Shown here: positions 31,337 to 32,000 of the stretch, piece after piece
How positions within the stretch are numbered: the stretch's first letter is position 1
How the letters are laid out: each line of letters starts with the position of its first letter
DNA from: Wigglesworthia glossinidia endosymbiont of Glossina morsitans morsitans (Yale colony)
Lineage (GTDB): Bacteria > Pseudomonadota > Gammaproteobacteria > Enterobacterales > Enterobacteriaceae
Assembly: GCF_000247565.1 (NCBI RefSeq)
Contig: NC_016893.1
Location: forward strand, 90,001 to 122,000
Length of the DNA stretch: 32,000 bases
Direction of reading: 5' to 3'
Program-made: the position numbers and the translations under genes
The notes under the pieces: model-generated
The model's input: only the letters and a program-made list of their open reading frames with translations
What the model was told of the DNA's origin: nothing
The model's database searches: none

Positions 31337-32000
31337 ATGAAAATTTTTTGGAAATTTATTTTTGATCCCTTCATATGGTTATGGAATATATTAAATTTTA
31401 CTCGAAAGTTAATTTTAAATATATTATTAATATGCATATTTACTGTATGTATTATATTTTATTTTCAAATATATCTTACTCCTCCTGATTCTAAACAAGG
31501 AGCTTTAGTACTTGATTTAGTTGGCACAATTGTAGATAAACCAACAGTGCATAATCGATTTAAACAAATTAGTCGTGAAATATTAGGCGCGCCTAATGCA
31601 CGACTATATGAAAATTCTTTATTTGATATAATATATGCTATTCGTCAAGCTAAAAATGATAAAAATATTACCGGATTAGTATTGTCTTTAAAAGATTTTA
31701 CAGGTTCAGATCAAACATCTTTAGAATATATTGGAAAAGTTTTAATTGAATTTAAAAGTTCTGGAAAACCAATATATTCAATTAGTGACAATTATACTCA
31801 AGTACAGTACTTTTTGGCTAGTTATGCAAATAAAATTTATCTTACTCCTCAAGGTACAGTAGATTTGCATGGATTAGCAACAAACAATTTTTACTATAAA
31901 ACATTTTTAAAAAATTTAAAAATTAATACATATGTTTTTAGAGTGGGTACATATAAATCTGCAGTGGAACCAGTAATTAGAGATAGTATGTCAGATGCTG
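31337..32000 (+). CDS. sppA: Signal peptide peptidase/protease IV, N-terminal part (runs off window)
   Basis: ATG at 31337; MKIFWKFIFDPFIWLWNILNFTRKLILNILLICIFTV... GALVLDLVGTIVDKP, NSLFDIIYAIRQAKNDKNITGLVLSLKDF, FRVGTYKSAVEPVIRDSMSDA (catalytic Lys context). Confidence 0.93.
   Translation, partial: MKIFWKFIFDPFIWLWNILNFTRKLILNILLICIFTVCIIFYFQIYLTPPDSKQGALVLDLVGTIVDKPTVHNRFKQISREILGAPNARLYENSLFDIIYAIRQAKNDKNITGLVLSLKDFTGSDQTSLEYIGKVLIEFKSSGKPIYSISDNYTQVQYFLASYANKIYLTPQGTVDLHGLATNNFYYKTFLKNLKINTYVFRVGTYKSAVEPVIRDSMSDA

Noticed and set aside
1-32000. Search for tRNA/rRNA genes, CRISPR arrays, IS elements, toxin-antitoxin or defence loci
   Set aside because: By eye I saw no cloverleaf/T-loop motifs, direct repeat arrays or transposase motifs; every large ORF is a housekeeping orthologue. 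tRNAscan-SE and Infernal would be needed to exclude small RNAs formally.

Overview
This window is a gene-dense, extremely AT-rich stretch of chromosome from a reduced-genome gammaproteobacterial endosymbiont (Buchnera-like; lineage not resolvable by eye). It encodes 29 recognisable genes, all with clear Escherichia coli orthologues in a collapsed but largely collinear order: infC(partial)-rpmI-rplT-pheS-pheT | pyrC-rne (minus) | rluC-rpmF-fabD-fabG-acpP-pabC-mltG-tmk-holB-ycfH-hinT-ndh | mfd (minus) | lolC-lolD-lolE | purB, mnmA (minus) | htpX, yoaE | pabB (minus) | sppA(partial). I found no mobile element, CRISPR array, rRNA or tRNA, and no evidence of a novel multigene system. The most notable signals are: (1) mltG has a hidden 5' part encoding a membrane segment in another frame, separated by a T10 tract (slippage or -1 frameshift candidate); (2) Mfd lacks its entire UvrB-like/UvrA-binding N-terminal half; (3) RNase E has lost most of its degradosome scaffold but seems to keep a membrane-helix-like segment and the extreme arginine-rich 'SRRxPRHLR' motif; (4) thymidylate kinase has an apparent insertion of about 20-25 aa in the LID region; (5) YoaE appears C-terminally truncated; (6) there is an unassigned 10+4 bp hairpin between htpX and yoaE. 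All comparisons to E. coli proteins are from memory and need alignment to confirm.
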